DNA of 64,000 bases from Neovahlkampfia damariscottae (taxonomy: Eukaryota). The DNA is taken from positions 62,001 to 126,000 of the forward strand of contig JABLTG010000023.1 in the NCBI GenBank assembly GCA_016618085.1. Direction: 5' to 3'. The position numbers were made by a program, and so were the translations under genes. The notes below the pieces were generated by a model. The model had not been told where the DNA came from and searched no databases. It saw only the letters and a list, made by a program, of their open reading frames with translations. Shown in pieces: positions 45,646 through 59,500 of this stretch; the stretch's first letter is position 1, and every line of letters starts with the position of its first letter.

Positions 45646-47818
45646 ATGAAAACTGCACTCAGCTTCTTGAAGCCAAAAAAGCGATCAAAAGAAGAAAAAC
45701 CGAAATCTGAAAGAAACCAAAGTCCAATGGAGTATGAGTTTGTCACTGAAAACAGAAAAAGCGCTTCTTATTCTGACATTCCAATTTTTGAAGACAAATC
45801 ATTAGACATTGAGTTTGATCAAAAAACGAAACAAAAATCATTCTTTTCAAAGGCCTTTGACCACAGAAAATCAATTTTTGCACCAAAAATAAAAACAGAA
45901 ACCACAGAAGCATCAAAAATATTCGACATTATTGACAAGAAACAAAGCACAGACCTTTTAGATGGACTTGGTGAAAATGTTGATGAAGATGGTATTTCTG
46001 ATGTCTCTGATAGTATGGACGAAATTTTTGAAATCACATCATCTATAGCTACCGATAAATCACCAGAAAAAACATCCAAAAGCAACCCAGCAACTCCAAA
46101 ATTCCACGTTAGGACTAGGACATTTAAAAAACCAATCTCAACTTCACCTAGGTCAGGTGTATTGTCACCTGATACATTTTCTGATGGAGCTAATGAAAAT
46201 ATTCAAAAACCAAGGTTGAAACCAAAATACCATCAAAGACAACTTTCAAAATCAAATGAAATAAACATGTTGGCTTTACCTACGAACAAGTATGTTCCAA
46301 ATGTGGTCAAAAAGTTAAAAAAAAAAATTTAACACTTTTTATAGAGAATCAAATATGCGTAAAACTGACGCCATCAAGATTATTGGAGCTCAAAGTCATC
46401 ATTATAAAAACTTTACTAAATTCAGATTTGCTTACAAAAAAGCTGCTTTTTGTAAACAAAGCAGAGTTCGTGCACAACTTGTAAAAGAAATATACAACAC
46501 AGAAAAAGAATATGTTCAATCATTAAGAACTTTAAATGAAATATACTATACTCCATTACAAAGCAAAATGCTAATAGAACAAGAAAATCTTCAATCCATC
46601 TTTGGAAATGTTCCACTACTGTTAAAATTTCAAGAACAATTCTTAGAAACAATGGAGAAACAAATGAAAGAATATAGTCCAAAAATTGGAAAGGCATTTG
46701 TTGATTTTGTAAGAAATTCTTGTGATTTAACACTTTAGGCTCCTTACTTAAAAGTCTATCCAGAATACATCAATGATTATGATGAAAATATTAATTTGTT
46801 GTGTGATTTACAAGCATCAAAAAAATCATTCGAGCAATTTCTTAATAAACAATCAATGTTACCTGAATGTGCAAATTTGTCAGTTGAAAGTTTCTTGATC
46901 AAACCAATTCAAAGAATTCCAAGATACAAATTACTATTGAGAGATTTAGTGAAAGAAACACCTGAGTACCATGTGGATTATGAAAATCTAGTGAGTGCTT
47001 ATGAAAAAATCGATCATGTTGCTGGATTTGTCAATGAACAAAAAAGAGAAGCAGAAAATAGAAAAGTTGCTTTGAATTTAAGTTTGAATGTATCACCAGA
47101 GTATCAATCTGTTTTATTGCAACCTGGAAGAAAATTGTTAAAACATGGAACTATTCAAATGAAACAAGATGAAATCAAATTAGATTCTGTTGATACAGTT
47201 GTGGACAGTAATGATATTATGATATATTTGTTTAATGATTTTATTGTTTTGATGAATGGAAATTCTAATCCAACTCAAATCAATTTCGAATTTTCAATTG
47301 TTCAAATTCCTGAAAATGAAAAAGTTGTCAAAATATTTGCTACAGTCTTGAGAATTCGTTATTTGTTTACATTCACATTTCCAGAGAAAGAATTTGAAAA
47401 ATGGTCTCAAATGATCAAATCTAACTCAGAAAGAATTCAACAAAAATCTTCAAAATCAGCAGATTTACCAATTGAAGAATTTGTGAAACTTGAAAAGAGT
47501 CGAGTTGAAGTTGCAAATAGAATTCCAAAAATGAATGAAACAAAAATCAAAATTGGGAATACCTTGAAAACGGATGAATCAAGATTTGCTGCTTTGTCAA
47601 GTGAATTAAAAGCAAATCGTGAAAAATTAAGAAAAATGAAAGATTTGATATATCAACAAGAAATTGATTTGGCCAATGTTGAAGAAGAAGCAAAAGTTCA
47701 AAAAGAAGTTGTTGATATTTCAAAAGAAAAAGATTCTCATACCAAAATTATAACTGTTATTAAGAAACAGAAAGAATTTATCAAATCTCAATATAAAATA
47801 AATTTTGAAGAAAATTGA
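45646..47818 (+). CDS. RhoGEF (DH-PH), paralog 2
   Basis: EIYNTEKEYV, SFLIKPIQRIPRYKLLL; near-identical core to paralog 1. Confidence 0.92.
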
Positions 47819-47919
47819 AATTGCAAAATTTTTTTGTTTTTCACCATTTTCGGCATTTAGAAGAGAAAGAAATTGATAGGACCAATCGTAATCAACTTAC
47901 TTTCCAATTCCTCTTTGAA

Positions 47920-49918
47920 ATGAAAAACACTATTAAAAAAAGATTGAAAATCAATAAGACAGAAACAAATAAAAACAAAGAATCAGAAGAACAACAGACA
48001 TCTGATTTAAACATAAAAATCGAAGAAGAAAACTCAATCAAACAAATTTCGGAAGAAACAACATTTGAAATCGATTTTTCTTCAACAAAAACAGAAAAAA
48101 CTAAAAATTCATTTGTCAAACCTTTTGAAAATAAAATGTTCAAAAAAAGTCCAGAAAAAAAGAAAGTTGAAATCATTCTTGAAGAACCAACAGAACCAAA
48201 AAAACAAGAAGAAAAAGAAGTTGAATTTGAAGAAAACCATACACCAGGAACACCTCAAAATCTGAATGTAAAACGCACTTTTAATGTCAGAAAAAAATCA
48301 ACTCGCAGAATGAATATTAATGGAACAAACACAAATCTAGAAAATAAACCATCAGAAACTGAAGGAAAACAAGTATTGAAATCAAAATTAAACTCAAAAA
48401 TGATTTCAAAACCAAATCAAGACAATACACAAATGATGAATTATTTAAAACAAACAAAATACCAAAATAATGTTCCAAATGCTATGAAAAAGTAATTTTT
48501 TATTTGTCTCATATTATCTTAGAGAAACTATCACTACAGCAGATGCTATGAAAATGATAGGTTTACAAACATACAGATTCAACAATTTTGAAAAATTCAG
48601 AGATGTTTATAAAAAATCAGCTATTTGTAAACAAAATAGAATTAGATCGAGACTTGTAAATGAAATATATCAAACAGAAAAAGAATATGTAACCTCATTG
48701 ACAACATTAAATGAAGTTTACTATTTGAAATTACAATCAAAAAAATTAATTGATTCAGAAGATCTTCGTCAAATATTTGGAAATATTCCAATGATTTTAG
48801 AATTTCAAAAGAAATTTTTAGCTTCCATGAACGATGAAATGACAAATTACAGTCCAAAAATTGGAAAATGCTTTGTTGCTTTTGTAAGTGAAATTCATTC
48901 CATCTTAAACTCATATAATTTAGGCTTTATATTTGAAAGCGTATCCAGAATATATCAACACATATGATGATAATATCAATTTATTGAATAATTTACAAAC
49001 TGAAAACAAAAGTTTTGAAGCATTCCTTTTAAAAAGAATGCAATTTCCTGAATGTGGAAATCTTCCAGTTGAAAGTTTTTTAGTGAAACCAATTCAAAGA
49101 ATACCAAGATATAAGTTACTTTTAAGGGATTTACTCAAAGAAACACCAGAAAATCATGTTGATTTTCAAAATCTTCAAATTGCTTATGAAAAGATTGATT
49201 ACGTTGCAGGATTTGTCAATGAACAAAAAAGAGAAGCAGAAAATAGAAAAGTAGTCTTAAATTTAAGAACTTCTATGCCTGAAAATATTCAAAGTATTTT
49301 ATTAATTCCAGGAAGGAAATTAGTTAAATTTGGAAATGTACAAATCAAAACAGAAGAAATTTCAGAACATCAATCAAGAGCAGGGTTTGAAGAAGTTACA
49401 CTATACTTGTTTAATGATCTAATTTTGATCATTGAAGAACTTGATGTCAATCAAATTGATTCCCAATTTTCAATTGTTGATATTTCTGAAACTGAAGCTT
49501 CCTTAAAAATTTTCACAAAAATTTCTGGAGAACCTTACTTTATTACATTCAAATTTCCAGAAAAAGAATTTGACAAATGGAGTGCTGCTTTCAAATCAAC
49601 TTCAAAAAAAATTCATGACAATAATGTCAATTCATTGAACAATGATATAACAATCAATCAAGGCAAATTAAAAAAAGTATTTATTTTTTTATTTTAATTT
49701 CGTAGTTGGAAGAATTGATTGCTCAACAAGAAGCAGAATTATCAAAAATTGAATCTGAAATTGATTTTGGTATTGAAAATAAAATGATGATACAAACGGA
49801 ATTATCAAACGAAATAAAGAAAGCAAAAGAATTGGATAAGATAATTTTAAGAATTGTTCATGATGATCTTGATACTTACAAAACAGTTTTTGATTGTGAA
49901 CCTGTTGAAGCAAAATAA
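47920..49918 (+). CDS. RhoGEF (DH-PH), paralog 3
   Basis: EIYQTEKEYV, SFLVKPIQRIPRYKLLL; shared intron positions. Confidence 0.92.
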
Positions 49919-50191
49919 AAAAAATTTTTCGCAAAAATGTAAATTATCAGTTGGAGGACATGTAGTGTTCTCATGAAATTTCGATAGTCTGAAGTGTATT
50001 TTGAGTAATATGTATTCATCATTAAACAATTTCGGTTGTTGTGGCATTCTTCAATAGAAATGAAAAAAAAATGAAAAAATTATGGTTTTCATTTGATTTT
50101 TTTGGAATTACCTGAAAAGTATTTATTTGAACAGAAATTAACATGGATGTTGTTTTGAAAAAAGACCAATTTTGGAATTTTTCCTTGTCCA

Positions 50192-51787
50192 ATGATCGAT
50201 TTTAACTTTTTCATCTGGAGTTTGTTTGTGAGAAGTTTTGGATTTATTTATTTATTTTCATTTGTTTCAATACTTGTTCAAGTGAAAGTAATGCATAAAA
50301 TCATACCCATTGAACCTTGGTTGAACGCTGCAAAACTTCAAATGGGTTTCAAAGGATTTTACAGATTTCCAACATTATGCTGGATAAGTTCAACAGATTT
50401 TAGTTTAAAATTACAATGTTTTATCGGAATTATTTCATCTTTGTTCATCATTTATGGCTATCTGACGAGAATTTCTTTTTTTGTTTGTTGGTTAATTTTT
50501 CTGTCATTGGCTACAGCATTAATTGAATTTATTTGTTATCCATGGGATAATTTATTATTAGAAAGTGGTTTTTTTATGATTTTTTTGCCAAATATTTTAC
50601 CACTTCATCAAAGATTTTCAGCGGTTCATCTTCCATTACCCGTTGTAACTCTAATTTTTTGGTGGATTCAATTTCACTTTATTTTAGGAATGGGCAAAAG
50701 AAAATATTATCTTCCATCAAGAAGAACATTTTTCAAACGTTGGTTTTCTTGGATTGAACATTTTGATTATATAAAATGGTATTTAATGTGGCAGCCAATC
50801 CCAAGTAAATTAGCATACTATATGTTTAAATGGCCAATGTGGTTTCATCACATAGTTCATGTTGCACATTTTATTGATGAAATGATATTCCCATTTTTCT
50901 TTTTTGCACCTTTGAAAATTCGGTACTTTGTCAATATTTTGAATGCAATTTTGATGATTGGAATTATAGCATGCGGAAATTTTGGAATTTTTCCTCCGCT
51001 TGGATTTATATTGTGTTTTCCTATATTTGACACACGTTCATTTTCAGAATTGATTTTTAGTTTATTTTCACCGAGTTCATGGATGGAGATTCTTTTGAAT
51101 TTTTTCGTTTTTCCTTTAATCATCATTGGAGGAATATTCAACTTACAATTTTGTTTTTGGACAAATAATTATTGGTTATATAGCACTGAAATTATTGAAT
51201 CTTGTCAAAAAAACATTATTTTCAAAAAGATCATTGATTTCTATAGATTTTTGCATCCATTTCACATTTTGAACTCTTATGGAGTTTTCTTTGTTGAAAC
51301 TTTGAAAGAACGTAATTGTTATGTTATTATGGGATCAAATGACAAACAAGAATGGAAAGAATACAAATGGAAATATTTACCAACTAACAAAGATTCAATT
51401 CCTCAAGCATTATGTGGATATCAACCAAGAATCGATCAAACTTTTTTTTATATGGGATATGAAAGATTTTTTGCGAATTATCACAATCCTTACTTCTCTT
51501 ATTCACGACGATGGTTTTATCATTTTTTGAAATTAATGTCCAATCATGATGAAGATGTATTATCACTATTCAAAGAAATTCCTTTTCAAGAAGCACCCAA
51601 ATATATGAGAGTAGTCAAAAGAACACTTGATTTTGACTATAAATCAAATCAGTATTGGTTTAAAGAAAATGAAGATGATGAAATAGAAATTTCTAATGTA
51701 AAAAATATCATGCAACAAACTGTGTTTCATCCAAGTTTATTTGAATCTCCATTTTTTCAAATTGAATCAGGTGTGAAAATTGAATAG
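50192..51787 (+). CDS. Lipase maturation factor (LMF) family membrane protein
   Basis: GFIYLFSF, RFPTLCW, YPWDNLLLESGF, WQPIP, GNFG, NSYGVF, WKEYKWKY.P, YQPRID. Confidence 0.9.
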   Translation: MIDFNFFIWSLFVRSFGFIYLFSFVSILVQVKVMHKIIPIEPWLNAAKLQMGFKGFYRFPTLCWISSTDFSLKLQCFIGIISSLFIIYGYLTRISFFVCWLIFLSLATALIEFICYPWDNLLLESGFFMIFLPNILPLHQRFSAVHLPLPVVTLIFWWIQFHFILGMGKRKYYLPSRRTFFKRWFSWIEHFDYIKWYLMWQPIPSKLAYYMFKWPMWFHHIVHVAHFIDEMIFPFFFFAPLKIRYFVNILNAILMIGIIACGNFGIFPPLGFILCFPIFDTRSFSELIFSLFSPSSWMEILLNFFVFPLIIIGGIFNLQFCFWTNNYWLYSTEIIESCQKNIIFKKIIDFYRFLHPFHILNSYGVFFVETLKERNCYVIMGSNDKQEWKEYKWKYLPTNKDSIPQALCGYQPRIDQTFFYMGYERFFANYHNPYFSYSRRWFYHFLKLMSNHDEDVLSLFKEIPFQEAPKYMRVVKRTLDFDYKSNQYWFKENEDDEIEISNVKNIMQQTVFHPSLFESPFFQIESGVKIE

Positions 51788-51788
51788 A

Positions 51789-53006
51789 TTAAAAGTATAA
51801 TTCAGATCCATCAGATCCATACAATACATTTTTTGGTTTTACATCTTCATAGAGACTTTCACTTGAATAAATTTCTTTTAAGACTTTTTGATATTTTTTT
51901 TGATCTTCATGGTCATGTTGTTTAATCTTTTTTTCAATAAGTTTTAATTCTATTTGGTTCAATGGATTGTTTGGTTCTAATTTCAATGCTTTTTTAATCA
52001 TTTCAGAAGCTGAATCTAAATTTTCTTTCATTCTTTCACATTTTGCATAAATTCTGTATCCCTTTGATGATTCTGAATTTTTAAAATACATTTTTAATCT
52101 AATGATTGCTTCATCAAAATTTTTTTCTTCAAAATTTGATGAAGCTAAATTAAGCAAAAGAGTCTCAGCTTCTTTATTTCTTTTCTCCATAAGTTCATCA
52201 GAAAATTTCATTCCCATAAGTGCATGATATGACTAAATCTTCAAAAACAATATTTCTTACGTTGAAATAAATTTTTGATGATTCTTTGAATGATTTTTTT
52301 TTATAAAGTATTTTTCCTTTTTCTCTTTCTAATTTACAATAATTTAACATTTCTTTGTTTGTATTGGCTTCAATTGGAGGTTTATAATTCATTGATGAAA
52401 TTCTAAATTCATAAAATAAATTCGAATTGACATCAACACTTTTACCTGCAATTGAAATCTTTCCATTTCCATTTAAACTTCCATATGAGTATTTTGGTGT
52501 TATTTTGAACCAAGAAACTTCAAAATTAAAAAAAAAAAAAAATTTTACCTTCATCTTCCTGATTTTGTTAATTTTTGGATTTTGGAATACCTTCATGGAT
52601 TTTAGACATTCCTCAAAAAATGGAAGAAATTTTGGGCTGTTTCCTCCAATGGTGAATTTTCTGGGTTGAATTCTTGAATCTTCAAGAATGGCTTGTTCTC
52701 CATTTTCTAATTCAATAATTCCAAAGTACAATACTATAAAAATGTTTTAGATGATCTATTTTGATTACTTTGCGCCTTTGAACCCACAGAAAGAGGATTT
52801 GATTCTTTTGTTGGTTTGATCAGAATTTTTTTAGAAATTCCTCCATCCTCTGTTATTTTTACATCATAGTTATTATTTATCATCAAAGGAATTGGTTGTT
52901 TATGATAAGGAAGTTCTAATGAAAAAATTTCGTTTTTTTTTTCATGATTTTCAGTTTCTTTTGAATCATCTGTTTCTTTGTATTGACTTATAGTTATTCC
53001 TTCCAT
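51789..53006 (-). CDS. FKBP-type peptidyl-prolyl isomerase-like domain + TPR protein, multi-exon
   Basis: ITEDGGISKKIL, FTIG, CLKSMK, ITPKYSYG, NLFYEF; then TPR helices (REKGKILYKKK, KKALKLEPNN). Confidence 0.8.
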
Positions 53007-53196
53007 TTGCGTTTAAATTAAAACAATTATTTTTCCTTCCACCAAATAGAAGATTTTAAAACAGTTTGAACAAATCAAATTTATCACTCTTTTGATTGGA
53101 GCGTTTTTAACCACTTCTTTTCCGTTTGTTTTGGTTGTATGAAGAAAAACTTTTCATTTATAAATTTACATACTATAACTAATAACTAAACAAAAA

Positions 53197-56148
53197 ATGG
53201 AAGAGAATAACATCAATAAAGAGTTAATAAATTTAATAGCAAAACTAACAAATCGAGTGAGGTTTTTATTTTTTACAATTTTTTATTGATTTAAATTTTA
53301 GAACTTTGGAAACACAAGTTACTCACCTCACTAAAACAATTGTAGATAATAATTTAATGGTAGGACAACAAAATGATGATAGTTCTGTTGTGGAACCAGA
53401 TTCAGCAATTTCAAATGATTCTTGTTTAAATGCGTTACAAAGTCTGCAGCAGAAAATTCAAAAACCAGATTTAAGAGGAGCTACTGTTATTTTAGATGAT
53501 GATTACTCACCTATTTTACAGGAAACATCTGAGTTTCTGCAGGATGCACAAGAAAATGATGTGATTTTTGTTGATGATGAAGAGTTGACAGAAAACTCAG
53601 AAGAATTGAGATTAGATGATGAATACTCTATTCCTTTGAAAATTTATGAAAAACTGATGACACATCAGGTATTATCATACAAAAAAAATTTTAACTGAAT
53701 TTTTGAAGCCTGCTGGAATTAAATTTCTATGGAAACACATAACCAACGACCAAGGATGTATATTGGCTGATTTTATGGGTCTTGGTAAATCTATTCAAAC
53801 AGTTGTAAAGAAAATCAAAAAATAGATTTTAATTTTTTTTTTTCAGGTCACAGTTTTGATGTACAAGAAGAAATTTCCAAATGATAACATTCTGATAATG
53901 TCACCATTGAATGTATTAAAGCACTGGGAAAAAGAATTCAATAAAGTTATGAATTGGACAAATGAAAAAAACAGAATAAAAATATATGATATATCGACAT
54001 TCAAAACATCCAATACAAGATTAGAAGCTTTACAAGAATGGAAAAAAGAAAGTGGAGTACTATTATGCACATATGAATTTTTTAGAAATTGTAGATTTGA
54101 CCAATCATTCTATGAGTTATTATTCAAACCAGGACCATCATTAGGTATTGATTTTCATTTTTCTAATTGAAATAAATTAGTTATATTGGATGAAGGACAT
54201 CGCATCAAGCATTATGAAGCACAAATTTCAAAATCAATTTCAGAAATTGCAACTTTAAAAAGAATCATTTTAACTGGATATCCATTTCAAAATAATCTCA
54301 TTGAATACTATACAATGATAAATTTTGTACAACCTGATTATTTAGGAGATTTAGGAACTTTTAAAAAATTATTTGAAAAACCAATAGCAAATGGACACGC
54401 ATTCCAAGCACCTGAAAATGTTAAACAAACAGCCAAAAGAAGAATTTGGATTTTAAGAGATAGAGTAACTCCATTTATCTTACGACGAGATTCGTCCATT
54501 TTAAAACAAATTGTTCCACAAAAACATGAAATTGTTATTCAAGTCCAAATTACTAAATTTCAAAAATTACTTTATGAATGTTTAGTGGAAAGTATAAAAG
54601 AATCTGATGATTTTACAGTTAAGAATGTTTTGTGGATGTATAATTGCGTTACTTTAATTTGCAATCACCCACAAATTTTCATCAAATATGCTACTTTTTA
54701 TATTGATAAATTCAACAAATCAGATGGTCAAAATGAAGTGACAGATACAGAGGATACTGTCATTCAAAAACCGATTATTGAAGTATTAGAAAGTACCCTC
54801 AATAGATTCAATCATTTAAAAGGTTATTGAAAAATTGATTAAAACTGTGATTGTAGGCGATGATAATGTTGCAACCATTGAAAATAGTTCAAAATTGACT
54901 TTGGCAGTTTTCATCATTTTTCAATCAAAAAGGAAAAATGAAAAAATAGTTTTATTTTCAAAGAGCATTGCTACTCTTAATTTCATTGAATCCATAATCA
55001 CAAATCACAATTCTGACCGCAAAGCTTCAGAAAAAATCAAGTTTATGAGATTTGATGGATCAACTTCATCCGAAAAAAGAGAACAATTAATAGATAAATT
55101 TAATGATAAAAACTCAGGAAATTCATACAATTTATTTCTTATTTCAACGCGTGCAGGAGGAGAAGGAATTAATCTTCATTCTGCTAATCGTGTTATTCTT
55201 TTAGATGTGAATTGGAATCCTTCTCATGACAATGAAGCATTCTGTCGAGTATATCGCTATGGACAAACAAAACAAGTTTATGTTTACAGATTAATTACTA
55301 AAGATACAATGGAAGAAACTGTTTTTCAAAGACAAATAAAAAAACAACTGCTGTCTAAGTACGTGGTTGATGATCAAACTACATCACTTTCAATTAATGA
55401 AATCAATGAAAAACATCTTTTTACAATCCCAGAGAATCCTGATAATGACTTGGATAATTTTTTGGAATACACAAAAGATGATATAACTAATTTAATTATT
55501 GATAAATTTTCAATAATTGTCACAAATGTTGAAACACAAGATCAACTTTTAGGAGAAGAAATAATTGAAGAATTATCACCAGAAGAACAAAAATTAGCTT
55601 ATGGTGAAGAACAATTTGATGTTGTTTATTCAAGAAAAAACAGATCAAATGATAAGTCAAAAAGTGAAAAATTAACAGATGAAATCATTGAAAAGGAAAG
55701 AGATCAATTACAAAAGAAGATTGAATCATCAGAAAATACATTAAAGAGAAAAATTGAAACAGAAGAAATTCTATTTGATGATGTGAGCTCTGAAGATGAA
55801 GAAGAAAGCACTCTTCTTCACCCAATAAAAAAGCAAAAAGTAGAAGATGATAGAATATTAATTGAAAGACTAAAAGAATTGAAATCAAAATCACCATCAA
55901 CTAAATCACCAAAACCATCCATTTTTCAAAAACTTGAATCAAATCATTCATCACCAAAGTCAGCTTCTTCATCAGGAAGTGAACACAAATTATTTGAAAA
56001 AGAAAAAAGCAAACCAAATATTCTGAGGAATAAATCTACACAAACTGCAGAATTTAGGAAATTAATTCGTGAACAAATTAATAATTTCAAATTGAGTTGC
56101 GACAATTATTTCTCAAATCAATCCCATAACAAAAATTTTGAAAAATGA
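53197..56148 (+). CDS. SNF2-family ATPase, ATRX/ARIP4-like, 6 exons
   Basis: GCILADFMGLGKS, PGPSLVILDEGHRIK, LTGYPFQNNLIEYY, FLISTRAGGEGINL..ANRVILLDVNWNP, RVYRYGQ. Confidence 0.9.
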
Positions 56149-56577
56149 AAAAAATAAAATGTTAAATATTTTTTTGAATTTCCAAAGAAAACATGCATCT
56201 AGATCCCTGTTTTATGTCGAATACTATGGATTCATGCGATGCTGAGACAAAAGTCAAGTTTTATTAGCCACGTTATAAATGTGATTTTGATTTTTGGGTA
56301 TTCCAAGAAACTTCCTCACTAAAGTAATCTGGTCATTCGACTCTGAAAAATTCTGTTCTCAAAATAAAAAAAATTAGTTTCAAACCATTTTGATAAAAAG
56401 ATTTGGTTTATTTGTCCAATTTTTAGTTCCACAATTTGATGTTGAAAATCCCCTTATACTTCAAGATTCCCTTTAAAAAAACACTCAAAGTAATGATCCT
56501 CACACCATCACTGGATTCAGTGAAATAATAAAAAAAAAAAGAGAACAAACCAATCAACATCTTCACTTTTTGACCTT

Positions 56578-59500
56578 ATGTACCAAGAGTTTGAAGAGTC
56601 TTTGAAAAAGCTCTACAAACAGATACAAGATGAAAATAATCCAAAATACAGTGTAATACAGCCAAAAGAAAAGAGAAACTTGTTGAGGATCGTCGAAGAT
56701 TTTATGGAATGGACTGAAACAACAGAAACAAGAACTGACAATGATGTACTTTCAAAAAAGAAACAATTTAAAGATGTTTTTTCTCCTTACACTCAAAAGA
56801 ACGTTTTAATTTCTCAAATTCAGAGTAAAATAGACGAAGTTGGAAAATTACAAAAAGAAAAAATAAAAGAAGAAAAGTTGAAGGAAATAAAAAAAAAACT
56901 TTTACATGAGTCAACTGTTGAAGAATTGTTACTCTTGAAAGTTGATTTAGAAGAAAATTATTTACAATATGCGGAAACATTTGTTTGGGTGGAATTGATA
57001 AAGACAAACATTTCCAAAATCAACCAACTTGCTATTGAACTTGATATTATAAAAGAAAAACATGATTTTATTCAAGAACAATCCGAAAAATTTTTAAATC
57101 AATTCCCAAAAGAAAAAAAAATCGCAGGGTCGGAAATTTATAAAAAAAATCTGAATTTTTTGAATCTAATGGAAGTTTTATTTGAAAAGGAATCATTAAT
57201 ATTGCTTTTAAATCAAGCAGAGGAACAATTGAAAAATAAAAATATTCCAAAAATTGAAGGAAGAAAATTGAAGAGGTCAATTGAAGATACTTTTGATTGG
57301 ATTGAAGAAGAAGAATATTCAGCAATCGAAATAAAGCAAAAAAAATATTTAATCCATCAGAATTTTAAGAATCACAAAATAATGTTGGAAGAATTTGAAT
57401 TGAAGTTATTTGGAAATTTAAAACAACAAAGAATTCCAAAATACTTTTCAAAAGTGATTGAAACTCAACAAAGATATAATATATTGACAAAGAAAGCAAA
57501 TTTGAAGGCTAAAGTTATTCAAAGCTTCTATAATGATGATGATGCTTCGCAAACGTTCAAATTATTTCCTGTTTTTTCATTGGGTAATGAACAAAATTTA
57601 GTAGAGAGCTATTTAAATTCGAAACCTATTGAAAATTTACACAAAGATGCTGGTGTTTTTGTTTCAAATTCCAATTCAATTGAATTTCGTGTAATTTTAA
57701 CAGAATTTGATTTCAATTCACAACAAACAGGAATGTATCATTCTTTCAAAGGTGTGATAGATAAAGTACCTAAGTATGAATCAGATGACCCTCTTGGTAA
57801 ATTTAAATGTGCATTGTAAGAAAAAGAAAATTTTTAATTCGATAAGAATGATTGGACCATGGTTTTTGGAATTCACTGAAACTTCAATTTGCATTCCAAA
57901 GAGAATTCATCCAACAATCAACGATTTATTCATAAAAATACCACCAATTAAAGTCCTAAAAGGTGAATCATTGGAAGATTGTGCGAAAAAACTATCAACC
58001 ATTTTGGTTAAATGGAACACCGAATACACATACAAGGAAGAATTTGTTGACAAAAATTCAAAAGAAGGAAATGCGTATCATTTTGTTATGGATATATTAA
58101 CTTCTTTTTTTCATGATTTTAAATTCAATGGAATGCTTAATTCGATCATGGAAGAAATAAAAAAAAAAGGAATTTCCAATTCATCCAATGAAACTTTAAC
58201 ATTGAATAGAATTCAAATAAAATCACATAGTATGATAGATATCATGTTAAATGACATGACAAGAACCAATCCTGATTTCAAAACACAAAATTTACATGAT
58301 TATTTGCTCTTTCAAGCAATTGACATTGCATATTGGTTCAGAGCATTAATTTCTGAAAAAGACGAATTTATTCAAAATTATAATGAGTACAAAGATCCAA
58401 ATTGTCCATGCTTCGAACGTGAATTATTTGCTGACATTTTAAAACTTTCAACAATTGAACATATCGAATTCGAATATCCACCATCAACAGAAAAATCACC
58501 AAAGAAATTAATCTCAATGAAAAAACTAAAGAGTTCCAATAGTTTGAGAAATTTGATGCACAGCACAAAACCAGGTCAAAAATCACCAAAATCACCTAAA
58601 AAAGTAGACAAGAACGAAATTGCCTCACCAAGAATTCATACTCTTGAAAAATCTGAAAAAAAGAAACCAAAAATCAAAACTTTGATTGATAGTTTTAGAT
58701 TCACCAAGAAAGATCCAAATATTTCACCAGTTACAATTGAATCAACAATGGTTGATTTAGATGGTGATTTGGAAGCCTCTGAGCTTATTTCCAAATTAAA
58801 AACAATGCCAAAGAAATTACCAGAACAACCAACTCCAACATTAGATTCACCAAAAATTTCATCAAAATATTCCATTGAAGTCAAGAAATTAAAAGATACT
58901 CATAAAAACAGACCTATTTCAGACTCATTTTTGTATTATCAATCTCTTTTGAAAAAGAAAATTTCTGATGAAGAAAAAAGAAACTCATATGATTCAAAAC
59001 TTGATTCATTTTTAAAACATAAAAAAGAAGAAAAGAAACTTTCTGTTTTTGAAAAAAAGTATCAAAAAGAATTATTCAAGGAGTACACAAAGAATCATTA
59101 TTCTATTGATGAATTTGATTTTTATGAATTGTATCATCAAATGAATGAAGAACATTTACAAGATAGAAAATCAAATTTACAAAAAACTCTTTTGGATGAT
59201 TTTATTGATCCAAATGGTAAACGAGCAATTTATTTTTCAGAAAAACAACGCAAAAGATTGATCAAATTATCCCCTGAAAAAGCTATTTTTCTCGCATATC
59301 AACAAGTAAGAAGAATATTCAATTCACAATTAGGTTTTTGAAACGTTAGAATTAGTCATTATTCAATTCAGAGAGGCAAATGAATTGAAATTAGTTGAGG
59401 GAGAAACTGTGAAAAAATCCAAATTTCCAAAGAATTTTAATGAACTTACACAAACCATTGAAGAATTTAAAATTTTTTCCAATTTTGTTTCTGACAATTT

